From: Selaginella moellendorffii
Lineage: Eukaryota > Plantae > Lycopodiophyta
Direction: 5' to 3'
Length of the DNA stretch: 64,000 nucleotides
Assembly (NCBI RefSeq): GCF_000143415.4
Contig: NW_003314398.1
Span: 216,005 to 280,004, forward strand
A program made the translations under genes and the position numbers. This document shows, in pieces, positions 34,185 through 48,110 of the stretch (position 1 is its first letter; each line of letters opens with the position of its first letter). The notes under the pieces were generated by a model that was given only the letters and a program-made list of their open reading frames with translations, did not search any database and was not told the DNA's origin.

Positions 34185-37100
34185 TCAAGCCTCCTCTGAT
34201 TCAGATTCGGATTGTTCACCTTGAAATAAAATACATTAGAAACTTTGTAAAGGAATATTAATGAATCTCACCTTGAACCCGAGTTATGAATGCTCTTGCT
34301 GCATCTCTTGCATGGTCTGGCAAGGTGATGGTGGCACTCTGCTTCCGCATCCAACCATGCACAACATTATCCACCGATATGCTCATGCTGGGATCCCTTG
34401 GATTCAGCACCTATCTCTTTTCTAGGCAATCCTTCGTATATCCGGAACTTGGCTTGAACCACTCCACAGTTACATTGAAGGAGTTAGTTTCCGCGTCCTC
34501 CTCTGCATCAGTGATGCANNNNNNNNNNNNNNNNNNNNNNNNNNNNNNNNNNNNNNNNNNNNNNNNNNNNNNNNNNNNNNNNNNNNNNNNNNNNNNNNNN
34601 NNNNNNNNNNNNNNNNNNNNNNNNNNNNNNNNNNNNNNNNNNNNNNNNNNNNNNNNNNNNNNNNNNNNNNNNNNNNNNNNNNNNNNNNNNNNNNNNNNNN
34701 NNNNNNNNNCTGGCCAAAAGGACTCTTCCAATTCTTCATATACAACCGGCCCATTTTGGATAGCAGATATAATCTTCTCCCAGTATTCGAGCAAAGGCTT
34801 GCACCTCTGAAAATAGGATTCTCCACCAAACACCAACCCCCTCTTCCAGAAGGCAATATGCTGTCTAATCCCGGCCACTATACTTTCCTGGTCTTTGAGT
34901 CCATCCGGGTGCATCGGCCGTGGGGAACCCTGAGGAATCATAGGTTCCCCAGTTATGGGATCTCTCTTGAAGAGTTCAATGCCGTCCACTGGTAGCCACA
35001 CTGTGTCCCATTCTCTCATCTTGTACCTCATCACTGGAGCACCGTCACACATGCTGAAATGAAACTGAAGAGGCTTGGAGTGGCCAATCAGCGTTTCGGA
35101 TCCATCCCTGATGTAGCCTCTTACAAACCCCTTAAAGTCTGGAACCTCTGTCAGAAGTGCAGCTTCAACAGTGCCTTTGATGCAATTTTGGAATTCATCG
35201 TAGAGTTGTGGGAGGGTGAGGACATTGGATCGCTGGAGGGACTCTGCCAGGTGACTGAACATGGCATCGACGTCTTCATGAGTGTGCCCAACCATGAGAA
35301 AGCCAAGTGTAACCGTTTCAAATATGCCTTTGGCAACAAGCATCGCCAAGTACGCGAAGACGTACATGTTTTTGTTCTCACTGCCAGCATTGTCTGTTTG
35401 GAGCAGAAGATGGGGTGGAAGGCCACATCGGCCGCAAGAACTTCCTTGAGATTCTGCTTCGTTTGGATGAGGCTGTGCATTCACCGGGCGACCAGCCTCG
35501 TCGGAATGGCATGAGGCCTCACGTGATAACCCTACAATCTGACGGCCAACATATTCACTGGGATGGCATGGGGCCCCACGCGATACTGCAAGCCTTTGCT
35601 CCTCCTCCAGCTGAACCCTGTATGGGGTTCGATCGACAAGGGCCTTATGCAAGGGTTGGCCGTTCAGCTCAGTCTGCGCACTTTGCAGAGACCTTAAGTG
35701 TTTTGCTAGGGACGCAATCATCATGTTTGCACCCCCGCCACCCCATAGAGGTACAAAGAAGTTCCCATAGTTCTGGGCACCATGCCCATGAGCGATTATG
35801 CCAAACAGAGACACAGGCAGCTGCATGGATGAAGAGATTGCCTTGGGGGCAGGATTGAGTCGAGGTAAGCACGTCTTTTTCTGGTCCATTTTGTCGTGGA
35901 TGATGCAGAGGTAAGAGTCAGGTCTCTCCATGGAGAGAATCCTGTTATGATAATATGCAGTTCTGCAGCTTCTCTCCTCGATGTTGTGGTCGAGCCGCCT
36001 TCTAACCAACGTCTCTTGCTCTTGAGCGCTGCAAGAATTCTTCGACAAAGCCATTTTGATAGCAGTGCACTCGTCACACTTTGAAAAGCTGGAGTACTTT
36101 CCTATACTCACATCCCTGAACCTGTTGCTCCACAATCTACTAAATCTAGATTGGCTCAGCTTCCTGTAGCCATTACTCTGGAGTTCCCGATTCACATCTT
36201 CCAATATGGCCCCCTTGGTATACATGGAAGGGAGAACTCGTTGGGTGTCTCGTGTTCCATCTTCCAAGAGGCGGGTTTTATGTGGTTGCTGCTCGCTACA
36301 TGTCTCGACAAACCTCTTGAAGATTGCCTCTCCATATACAACATGACCCCTGGTTTTGTGCGTACCGTCGTTCCCATGGACTGCCTGTTGAACCCTTTGT
36401 TCCTCGAACTCAGTTTTGATTCTGTAGAATGTGCTTCGAGGGACTCCATAAATGATTCTCCATGCCTTCATGCAGACCAAACCCCTTTGGAAGACCATGC
36501 CCCCCACCTGATGTTCTGAAGCATCAACAGATGACCGTAATGCCTCATACACAAAATTGCGAGCTGCCTTCCAGGACAATGTCTTGTATCTTGCTCTCTC
36601 CTCTTCAATAGCATCCCAATCAGCATGTTGACAGCACCTCCTCTTGCAACAAGCAACTGTCGAGACCATTTGAACCTCCATCGCCATTTTCTGCCTTTTC
36701 GGTTCGTTGCTCAGATCCCTTTGGCTGCGCTTTAGGAAGGTGTACTTTCTTTTCCCATGAAGAGATGTTCTGTCATCAGTTGTAGTGGTGTTTGATTGTG
36801 AATCCTTCACATTCTCAAACACTAAGTGCCTCAATTTCCACCGCACAATGCTTCCAATAGTCAGACTGTTTTCTTCTGTGTCAACAACCTCTAAAATCGC
36901 AACTCCAATATCATCCCAGCCCAATTCTTGATTAGCAACCGCATCTCTTGGATCGACAACTGTGGCTAAGCCCTCAGCTACCACCTCCCCCTCGGGGTTG
37001 TTTAGAAACACTTTTGCCTGAATCCATGTAGCACGGTTCTTAAGATCCACGGAGGGAACATGCGTCGCACTTGCGCTGTCCCCAACATCTGCTTTCTTCT

Positions 37101-37323
37101 GAAGATTTTTCAAGGCAACAACAACATTTACCCCAACGACCATCTCTCGTTCAATAGCAACCACATTCCCATCGAAGACAGTCTCTACTGATACAGCAGC
37201 ATTGCCTTCCCCAAGCCTTTCACAGTGTATAACAAAGTTCCGATCCATAGACACAAGGGTCCCTTTTGCAACTCTCTTCCCACCATTCAAAATGTAAACC
37301 TTTTCCCCAACCCTGAAGGCCAT
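34185..37323 (-). CDS. Sola-like DDD transposase, copy 2 (970-aa ORF 37323-34411, partly in N gap)
   Basis: Same motifs as copy 1; retains VPLWGGGGANM where copy 1 has a 12-nt deletion; same TAG at 34411-34413. Confidence 0.85.
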
Positions 37324-38745
37324 TCTGAAAGTGCAGAAAAGAAGTTAAGACCATACAAAAAATGATTGGAGAATGGCCTAAATCATAACATACCAAACAA
37401 CCTCAATAGCATGAGGCCACATGCCATTATTCAAACATGCTATTGACACCCACGTGAAATTTCGCATTCACAAAATTGGCATGAGGCCTCATGCCATCTT
37501 GATATACACACAGCTGCAGGCAAGTAAAAACATACATGACAATACGCTAGCCATGAAATTGCAAGGGCCCAAGATGGCATGTGGCCTCATGCCATTTCTA
37601 AATGTGGTCCTAAGCCATTCCATGGTGAACATACCAGGAAGCACAAGTGCCGAATATCAAGAGGAAGCGGTAGCCACACCAAAGACAGTGCCGCTCGCAA
37701 CACCGCAACTACTCGTAGCGCCGCTCGCAACACCGCAACTGCTCGTAGCGCCGCTCGCACAAACTGCCACTCGCATAAACTGCCGCTCGCAATGGCGCTC
37801 GCAATGCCGCAACCGCTCGTAGACGCATAAACCACAGCCCACAACGCCGCTTACACAAGCAGCGCTCACTGCGCTCAGCGGAACCAAGAACACGGCGCAC
37901 AAAAATGATAGACCTAGGAATGAGTTCGAGAATTCAAAAATAACACACGCTTGAACGTCACATCAAATCCTCTGACAAACCAGATCTTATGATTCCTCTG
38001 ACAAATTTCAAACTGAGTAGCTTCTAGACTTTGCTGTCGGAGGTTGAACTTTGTCACATCATGTCCTTGCCTCGATCCAGCTGTGCCATGTCAGTGATTC
38101 GAACTTTGCCATGCCATGTCAGCGATCCGCGCCAAGATTATTCGCCGTGTAAAGGAATAATTACGCTGTGTGTGTACGTCCATTTATGGCAATATAAGGC
38201 CACACGCCATTCAAAGAATAATGCTCGACATAAGGCCACACGCCATTCAAAGAATAATGCTAGTCGAGCATTTTTTGGTGCATTTTTGGGTTCAAAATGC
38301 ATTGAGNNNNNNNNNNNNNNNNNNNNNNNNNNNNNNNNNNNNNNNNNNNNNNNNNNNNNNNNNNNNNNNNNNNNNNNNNNNNNNNNNNNNNNNNNNNNNN
38401 NNNNNNCTATAAAGTTTACCTGTACCAAAAATAGAAACAACTTTATTTACTTGGGAATTTAAGTGGTTGAGGCATTTTTAAACTTACAAACACATGCCCT
38501 ACTTACATTCCTTTGGTTGCCTAAAATTCAAAAATACTATAAACCTTTCTTTTTGCATTTTCAATGTTTTCAATTATGGTTTTTGATTTTCGTAGGACCA
38601 GCCTAGTAATCTATTTGCATCCCGTCATGTTTATAGCTAGCTTTCGTTTGTCCCCTTCGCTAGCTTGAGATACATCTGCTCGGCATCTGCCTCTTACAGC
38701 ATTTGCCCAGAAAGGGCATCTTTCTTCACGCAGCATTTGCCACAT

Positions 38746-38779
38746 GTTTAGGGTTTAGGGTTTAGGGTTTAGGGTTTAG
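38746..38779 (-). repeat. (TTTAGGG)n interstitial telomere-like repeat
   Basis: GTTTAGGGTTTAGGGTTTAGGGTTTAGGGTTTAG. Confidence 0.85.
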
Positions 38780-40574
38780 CAATTCAGTAGCTTGATAAAC
38801 ATGCAAATACAGAACTTGATGCAAAATCCTTTGATATGTCACAATGCCCCTAGGACCATAAACACATTTCAATAGAGAGGGTCTTTTCATTTCATAACTC
38901 CTTACGTAGATCTTGGTGAAACCAGAGTTAGTGAAGTTAGTTTCTTGTGATCCCGCATCTGATTGTGATGTCCCTTTGCAGTTTCGATGGAAAGGTCAAT
39001 GCACACCAAACTGTAAAATCTTGGAGCAAAATAACGGTCGGATCTATGGCAAATGCCCCTGAAACATTGTAAGGCTCGTGTGGTCTCATGTGGTGTCCGA
39101 TCGAGATGCTTCTTTGCAGGGTCATCAAGAAAGACATTGTATACCATTCTGTAAAATCTAGTTGCGATCTAACGGTTGGATCTCCAGAAAACTCAAAAAA
39201 ATCTCGCGCGTGTCAGAATATCCTAGGAATATACTCCTATGTGCCCCTGAAAATGGCATGCGGCCCCACACCATTCAAGAGATAATGCCAGATGACGCCG
39301 AGAATTTTTTGGTGCATTTTTTGGGTTCAAAATTGCATGAGCCCACACGCTATAAAGTTTATCTTTGCCAAATAGAGAAAAGTTTATCTGTGTCATGTGA
39401 GGTAGTTACAGTCCTTTGTGCTCGGCATCTGCCTCTTGCAGCATTTGCACTGAAAGGGAATTTTTCTCCATTCAGCATTTGGCCCTGAAAATGGCATGCG
39501 CCCACACGCCATTCAAGGAATAACGCCACAGGACGCCTGGATTTTTGGGTTTAAAATGTTTAGGGTTTTTTGGGTTTTTTCAAAATATTTTGGGTCCAAC
39601 GTTTTTTGGGTTTCTTTGGTTCAAAATTGCATGAGCCCACACGCTATAATATTGATTTAAGAGAAAAATAGAAACAGATAGAATTTCTTTATTTAGCTGA
39701 ACATCTGCCATTTTTGGAAATACAAGATGCTTTGGAATATCCAATCATGCATGGTATAAATATAGCGAGGGTATTAAATGATATCCCAATCATGATCTTT
39801 CTTTTGGATTTCGCGTGCATGCAGTCCGAGGAATGATGACGTTGCGGATTTCTTTTGGATTTTGCGTGCTTGCATGCGCGCGGCAATCCAGAAATTAATG
39901 GTGGCGCCCAAGTCCGAGGAATGATGACGTGGCGGGATTACCAACCGTTGTGACATTTCGCGCGTGTGAGGTTAGGTTTTGCATTTTGCTTTGTACTCGC
40001 GCTCGCACACTCGCGCTCCCGCTCGCATCGCGCTCCCACTCGCGATCACGCTCACTTCTCTACAGGTTTCTCGTGTGCATCGGCGTCCACTCGCGCTTGC
40101 ATCACACTCGCGCTCGCATCGCGCTCGTGTGCATCGGCATCCACTTCAAGACACACCCAGTTTGTAACTTCGCCGCCAACTCCGCCGCCCACTCCACCAC
40201 CCACACGCAGCCCACTTGGCATCCCGGGAGATTTCAGCACCACTCTCCAACTGTAAGTGGCAGAGTAGCCTTGCTGCTACGATCCGCTGCACACACAGTG
40301 CACATTCGCCAGCGAGTCCGGCCTCGATTGTCACGGCCTCCATTCGGCTTCAAATGGTAAGTCTTTTAGACGAAGTAGAAAATGGCATGAGGCCACATGC
40401 CATTCAGTAGCAACATTGGCATGCACCGATTGGGCTCTCGAGTGCAGTCCGGTTACAGATGGCGTGTAGCCTCACGCCATCTTAGGATGCAGCCTCAAGA
40501 CATCTGATGCAGTGGTGAATGGCGTGTGGCCTCACGTTATTTCCAGCTGCTAGCTTTTCATCTGTCAGCTCTAA

Positions 40575-43500
40575 TTGTTGTGCATTTTTGAACAGGCGAG
40601 GAATTGCGTTCTTCTTCCAGCCACTGTCAATGTGGATGCAGAGAAGGGGGAGGAGCTCACCAGTTGGACTTTCGGGATGGAAGGCGAGGATCTGATGCTG
40701 TACAACACAGATGGTGGGAGAAAAGAATGCATGGGGATCCTCATCCAAGTGACAGACACTCCATGCAGTTCCATGCAAGAATATGGACTGGCACTTGTGG
40801 TAGAGACAGCGTCCGCCTTCAAGATCCACCTTGCACATCCTAGCGGCTTCCCGGAGGGGGGCAGCGGCTATGAGGAATTCCTAGAGGGAGCTAGGGAGAG
40901 GTTGTCCAGGAGGCCCACAATTTCAAAGACGCTGCGGGTCTATGAAGATCACATGGAATCCACGGACCTCACCTACGGCGATGTTCAAAAACTATATTCC
41001 AACATTGAGCCGTTGAGAGTGCCTCCAGTTTGCGAAGCGAAGGGGAAGGGGGTCGATCTGGAAACTACCCCGAAGCAGAAAAGGGTGGTCAAGCTCAAGC
41101 CGACGTCCGACTCTGCTGCTCCAAAAAAGAAGCTACTCGGTGATGCCATTGCCTCGGGTTCGAACACTACACCCACCAAAAAGAAGAGCCGCAAAGAGCA
41201 GAAAGAGCAAGAAGAGGCAGCAAAAATCGTCGCAGATAATAGTACTTGTTACTATTCCAACAAAGTATATACAATCGACGTGAGCCGTATCGAGATCCAA
41301 AGCAAATACAACCACAGGCTAGTATCTGATGAGTGGGTGGAGAAACTGAAGCAGAAGATGCTGGCAAGTCCAGTAACACCCGACATCGCAGACGTGATCC
41401 CCTACTACCGAACAATGAAGGGCGAGATGAGGTTTCCAGACTTGATCAATAGGAAGGTGTTGGACGATCAGAACATCCGGTTCTATGCCGTCTCCGGGCA
41501 GCATTCTAGCTTGGTGATGCAACAGATAGTTGTGGATATTATGGTGGGCGAGGAGGTGAAGAAAGTCTTCAAGACAAGAGTTGTCCGCCTGATAAAAGGC
41601 AACTCGCCCCTCCGATCTATCATATACATCTCCCACGCGCAGAATGTCAAGCAAGAAACGTGCTACAAATCGGGTCTGCACGAGACATTGGCACGAACAC
41701 GGAAGCTCTGGGTTCAACTGAAGAAGCCACAAAAACCAGGACAAGGACGTGCACTAGCAACTAGCGCCTGGCAGGTAAGCCTCGTTGCATGTGGCATAGC
41801 ATGTGGCCTCACGCCATTTCCATTGCAGGAATTCTCGAGTCTTCTCTCGAAAACACTGGGGGTCAATGACACACTCAGCATCCATAACATTCTACTCGCG
41901 ACAAAAGTTGTTTTTGACAAATGGGTAGATGTGCTAAGGAGGTACCATGACGGGGAGTTGCTAAACTCAATGGGTGTGGAGGACGGCCGGAAGCCCAATG
42001 ATTTGAAGCTCAACGCCTTGCGTTTCTCGCGGTCTCTAGACGACGACGACCTTCTGACAGTGGCTAATGCTCTTCTACTTGGTGAGGTAGTCTTCAACAA
42101 GACCAAAATGACTCCCGGCCATATTGTGACATACGAGGACTTGTGCACGACTCTGAGAGCTCGTGCGCTATTGAAGGATTGGATCTTCGAGCAAGTGGCC
42201 GTGGCGAGGGTGAGCATCGACACCACGCAAGAGATGATGGAAGAGCTGGACTTGTCAAATGAAGACATCGACGAGTACGTGAAGGGGGCCCCCAAGTTCA
42301 TCGATCTGCTGCAGGATGCCACGAAAAGTAAAGCTGAGAAGTTGGATCAGTATCCAAATTTCATTAAGAGGGATGTCGACCGCCGGCTTCAGAAACAGCT
42401 CGACCCCGCAGCAGAGGCCTATCGAGAACCTTACCGGGTATACGTGAATTCGGATGAGGATCAAAGGTGGAGGAGCATCGTTTCCCGCGGAGATGAGCAG
42501 GTCAAGAACATCTTTTGTGTGATGGACTTCACAAACGAGGAGATCACTCATGCAGACGAAGTCAGCTCCATCATTGACTTAATGGTGGGACTTGCGGAGG
42601 TGGAATTTTCAGTCCACTATATGATCTACGACTCCGAATCCTATCACAAGTTCTGGAAGGCCTTGAACGAGGTGAAGGCTCGGTTGAAAGGCAAGGAGAT
42701 GCGGGAGATCCATGGGATAATGGCTAAGAAGAAGATACCGACGAATGTCCGCATCTTCACAGTCGCCCTTGTTATTGGTCCTGCAGCAGAGTGGGACTGG
42801 AGTGACTTCCCAGCTTCGTTCAACAAAGCCGATCGAATGATCTGAGGGAGGTCAATTTACCCGTGCCTGAGGAACGAAGACNNNNNNNNNNNNNNNNNNN
42901 NNNNNNNNNNNNNNNNNNNNNNNNNNNNNNNNNNNNNNNNNNNNNNNNNNNNNNNNNNNNNNNNNNNNNNNNNNNNNNNNNNNNNNNNNNNNNNNNNNNN
43001 NNNNNNNNNNNNNNNNNNNNNNNNNNNNNNNNNNNNNNNNNNNNNNNNNNNNNNNNNNNNNNNNNNNNNNNNNNNNNNNNNNNNNNNNNNNNNNNNNNNN
43101 NNNNNNNNNNNNNNNNNNNNNNNNNNNNNNNNNNNNNNNNNNNNNNNNNNNNNNNNNNNNNNNNNNNNNNNNNNNNNNNNNNNNNNNNNNNNNNNNNNNN
43201 NNNNNNNNNNNNNNNNNNNNNNNNNNNNNNNNNNNNNNNNNNNNNNNNNNNNNNNNNNNNNNNNNNNNNNNNNNNNNNNNNNNNNNNNNNNNNNNNNNNN
43301 NNNNNNNNNNNNNNNNNNNNNNNNNNNNNNNNNNNNNNNNGTGGCGCTTCGAAGAAGGACAAACAGACAAGCAATAGGAAAAAAGGAGGTACAAATGATA
43401 TTGGCAATGGCGTGTGGTCTCAGCGCATTCCTGGCAGGAGACACTTCTTCAAAGGCAATACAGGCAAGCACCAGCCAAGCTCAAACTGACAGTGGTCATA

Positions 43501-45927
43501 AAAAGCGAAAGCACGTTGGACAGTCGTCGGGATCAGAGGCGTTTGATTCGAAAAGGAAGAAGGGCAACGAAAAGATGATAGGTAATGCCTCGCGGTTATG
43601 GCGTGTGTGCTCATGCCATTCATTGCAGATCAAGGGCTGAGTGAAAGGAGCCAGTCACCACCTTCTGACTCAGATTCCTATGGCGGACTCCCCTTCCCCA
43701 ATCTCAATGGAGAGGTACAATGGATGAGGGATGCTTTTCAAGTCAGAGCCACGTTTTTCTCATCTCGTCGTCTTCGAAGGGTGCAAGAACGTGCAGAAAC
43801 CATGTTAAGACAGTCGGGTGAGGATACGGTCCTAGGTCACGCACTAAAACAGGCTATGGATGTCTTGTATTTTGAGATGGAGACTCGGCCAGATGATTTT
43901 TCCAAGATGGTCCTGGAAAAACAAGCAATCCAGCCTGAGCAGCCTATGGAAGAAATGCAAGAGGGGGATGAGGAGCCAGAGAAAGATAATGAGCAGGAAG
44001 AGCAGAAGGACGAAGAGGAGGATGAAGAAGAGGAGGACGAAGAGGACTTGGATGGTCCTCACAATGGTGACGATCACAATAACGACGATGACGATGATGA
44101 CGATGATGGCCAGCCTGAGGTGGCCAAAGAGCAGCGGAGGAAGGTCATACAAGACAAACCATCAGGTAAATAATAGTACATCCATTCCTAACCTTTTACC
44201 ATTTCTAACATTGTCCATGTAGGTCGCAGAAGAAATGGTAAGTAGAGATTATTCAGTTGAATTAAGATACAAACTCTAGCCTTTAGTGTCGAGGAAGGAT
44301 AGTGCCAAGCAAGGGTCGAAACGTATGTCCAATCCTTCAGAATCAGCAGTGCGCCCAAGTGATATCGGTCCTAGTTCCTCAATAGCAGTTGATGGTAAAT
44401 ACAGTATAGTCGATTCAATGTGCTAATGAGTTTGTTTTTAGTAGCACGGGAGGATACCATCTCAATCGAAGGGAGATATTTGGACATGCATATGGATCCG
44501 CCAGTGGACTCTACTTGCCTGCAAGAGTCATCAGAGCTGGTGGAGGCTACTATCCATATCAACGCCAAGCAAGCTGACCACGCTCCACTTGATGCTGCCC
44601 ATACCACTGAGTCAATCTTGTCCACGTATCCAACTGACGGTGACCAGGCGCCATTGGACCCGCATGAGGCCGCCCCAGCCGCCGAGCCGGTCGTATCCTC
44701 ATTTCCAACGTGTGCCCAATCGTCTGACTATGCGCCGTTGGAACCTCCCTACACCGCCCCTGCTGCCTGTTCGGTCATGTCCACTTTGCCAACGGAGGCA
44801 CCAGCTGAAATGGCGTGTGATCACACGCCATCGGAACCACCCCATGCCACTGTTGAGCCAGTTGTACCAGAGTCTACAGCTGAAATGGCATGTGCCCACA
44901 CGCCATCGGATGCGATTGACCCCACATTGCAGAGGAGAGTATTTCCGCCCTTCACGTTTCCTCGACCAAAACCCTCTGAACGACCATCGGGAGCACCATT
45001 CGCTAATATTGTAGATGGTAAAATTGACTTGTACCATTTTTTATGCTAACGCATTTCATTTCAGAGTCACGGCGAAAGTACTGTATCGTTTTTGATCTGA
45101 ACGGTGTCCTTTTCTCCCATGAGCGTGGCTCGTCCTCGAATGTCACTGCACCCTCCAAAGCCTGCGGTCGCAAGTTGGTCAAAAGAGACAGATTCACATT
45201 AATCACACGGGAGAAACTGCGGGATCTAATAATGACCATGCGACACTTAAAACAGAGGGCCGGGTTCAATTTGCAATTGGGAGTTTGGACATCCATGATG
45301 CGCCACAATGCATTAACGTTGCTACAGATGATGCACGATCAGACGCGAGTAATATTACCATTTGACTTTCTCCTAACGCAGGAGGATTGCTTGACTATGG
45401 TCCATGTGAGGGGTAGCAAGCCCATCTTCGTCAAGGCAGAGGCTGTAGTGATGAACCGGACTGCTAGGTCAAGTGAAATCCTCATCATCGATGACTCGCC
45501 GATTAAAACTGCAGCGAACACGCACACATATGCAGTGCACCCCATCTCTTGCAGTATGGAAACTAGGGAGAAGAAACCGTATGTTCTGGGGGACCTTGCA
45601 AAACGGCTTGAAGCGATGGTGATAGAGAACCGGCCAGTCCAGGAGGTGGCTGCAGAAATCAACCAAATGGCAGATGGAACGGTATATCAGAAGCCATTTG
45701 ATCGGACAGACACCAGTCATCATTTATGGCATGTATATTGTCTAGCCAAGCACTATCCGCATCTCCATAATCTGCTCAACCGGATGGGTTCTTCGACCAC
45801 TGAACATGAGCGTGGACGTATTAGAGAAGAGATGGCATTACTATTGGGTTTAAATCCTGATAGTGTGGAGAGTGATGAAATTCCAAGATTATTGTATAGG
45901 CGTTGGAGGCAAAAAATAACAGTCTGA
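40575..45927 (+). CDS. Transposon cargo gene, copy 2 (ParB-like / MTase-like / FCP1-like), partly hidden by gap 42882-43340
   Basis: 756-aa ORF lacks the copy-1 frameshift and keeps FYAVSGQHS (41481). Intron at 41775-41828. FCP1-like last exon 45065-45927. The 1-nt loss near 42838 lies at a contig edge and may be a sequencing error. Confidence 0.8.
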
Positions 45928-46358
45928 GATGGCATGTATTTATTTAAAAATGTAACTTATTATGGCATGGGGTTCCATGCCATTGTATTAATATTAAAAG
46001 ACGATTCTTTGAGAGGATTTGCATTATACTAGAAGTGTTACAGCATGTTATTGGAAGTCTACGAAGTTGTTTTATTAATAAGGGGAAAGTAAAGATTGAA
46101 TGGGGACTTGGGCTCCACCTAGACTCGGAGCAACTGAGCCAATATTAAAAGGATGGAAAGAAATTGGACGACGATGACAAGGAGAAGAGAGAGGTGAAGC
46201 AGTGAGAAGTGATTGAGTAGACATTTCCTTATTTAAAATAAAATGGCATGTGCCTCAATGCAGTTGAATTTTGTTATATTTATATACTATATAAAGGTTT
46301 GGAAACCTTATTTTACAAGTGGGATAATGACAATTCCCACTTTAACGAAATAGAGCTT

Positions 46359-48110
46359 AAGAATACAAACTTTCAAGACTTAGCCAACTTCTTTCTACTA
46401 ACAACTTCACATAGGTTCACCTCAACACAAATTCTCGAGACCCATAGCATGCTTAAGCATTGAACATCTTTTTGCCCATACTTCCGACATCCAACACCGA
46501 CATCCGCCAAAATACAAAGTGATCATCCAAAGCTTGATCACGGAGACCATATCTTCGGATATTCACATTGCACTAACACTCTTCTTCACCACCTTCAAGA
46601 TCCAATGTGAAGCCAAAACACTAACAAGAAAAATGACATGGAAAATCAAGCTCTAAGGAAAATTCCTCATCACTCGAAATAATAATGCCACTTCCACTAA
46701 CACAAGTGTTAGTGATGTCAATGCCTCAACTACACACCTTCTCCATCCAATAATCTACTTTAAGTGCTAACGGATCAATCGATGAGCTATAGCAAATGAA
46801 TGCTACAACGCTTTTCAACACCTCAATGGGTAAACCCTCAAAGAACAAGGAACCAACTTAAGCTTAGCATAATGAATCACTATTGAGAATCTAGTCGAAG
46901 CTACTACATGCTACTACGTGCAAGTAGACTAGCGTCACCATCAACCACTTTGGGGTTGATCATCGTTTAACCAAGCAACTTCGTAAACACATTGTTCATT
47001 ATCACATGGATATGATACAACATCACAATGACTTGATCATCAATTAAGCAACACTATGAGCAATGCCCATGTCATTACGTCAAAGGTTTATGTGAATATC
47101 AAGTGCCAACTCAATTTGACAAAATGTAACATAAATGCCACACTCCACCGATAAAGACTTACAACACCCAACACCACTAACTTTTGTTCACAACACGGAC
47201 AAGCTCATGCCACTCTTTTTCCGATCAAACTCAAAACTAGTCTAACACCAAGCTATTCAAAGAACAATAGCAAAGTTCCCTGGAAAAGCATTGAGCATTG
47301 TAACCTCAGTCTTCCATAGCAAGCCTAGATAAAATGGTATAACGTTTCACCGCTATCCATCCCATGACTCACCACATGTAAAACGATCATTTCCAACATG
47401 CATCAAGGTAGGGACTCTTGATTGCATAATGTGAACATGAGCAATGAATTAACACCTCATTGCAAATCATCTCCCCAAGAGAAAATGATTACGTGTTGNN
47501 NNNNNNNNNNNNNNNNNNNNNNNNNNNNNNNNNNNNNNNNNNNNNNNNNNNNNNNNNNNNNNNNNNNNNNNNNNNNNNNNNNNNNNNNNNNNNNNNNNCA
47601 CGAAGCGGACCTGAACCTCTTTGTGCCATGTGACAGATGCCACGTGTCTATGCCACGTGTCCATAGGAACCCGAGGTTTAAGGCCTTGGGCCACTGAACG
47701 AAGAAACGGTGCCAAACTCCCAAGCATGAAGCCAAAGAGTGGTGGAACCAAACTATGGAGCAACTCCTGAGCATAAAGCCTAAAGAGCGAAGGGATAGGA
47801 ATCCGGAGCGACTTGGAACAGTCCTAGAGTAACTAGTATCCCAATGCTAGGACCAGCATGCAAAACAGAGCCAAACGAAGTCTAGCGCTATTTCGGCATA
47901 CCGGTGGCCTAATGCGAGGACATGGGTACTCCACCAGCTAGCATGGAATGGAACTTGGGCTTAGACCCAAGCTAGATGCAAAACAAGGACAGGCACGCAA
48001 GCGGGAGCTAGACTATGCCTCAGGTTGGTTGGCCATGCCCAACCTACCCACTATCCCTACATCCCTACTATACATTTGGAACCCCCCATAGCCCCCCCCC
48101 CCCCCCCTAC
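46359..48110 (-). mobile_element. 5' part of the LARD split by transposon copy 2 (5' LTR fragment ~48110-47600, internal region to 46359)
   Basis: rc of 47600-48110 is nearly identical to the LTR at ~26995-27500; rc of 47140-47420 matches 52190-52480. Confidence 0.85.

Larger units (their letters stand above)
33052..46358. mobile_element. Large TIR DNA transposon, copy 2 (inverted relative to copy 1; 13.3 kb including N gaps)
   Basis: TIRs at 33052-33075 and 46335-46358; near-identical to rc of 11062-23574; retains ~320 bp (about 37735-38051) and ~350 bp (about 39325-39685) absent from copy 1. Confidence 0.93.
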
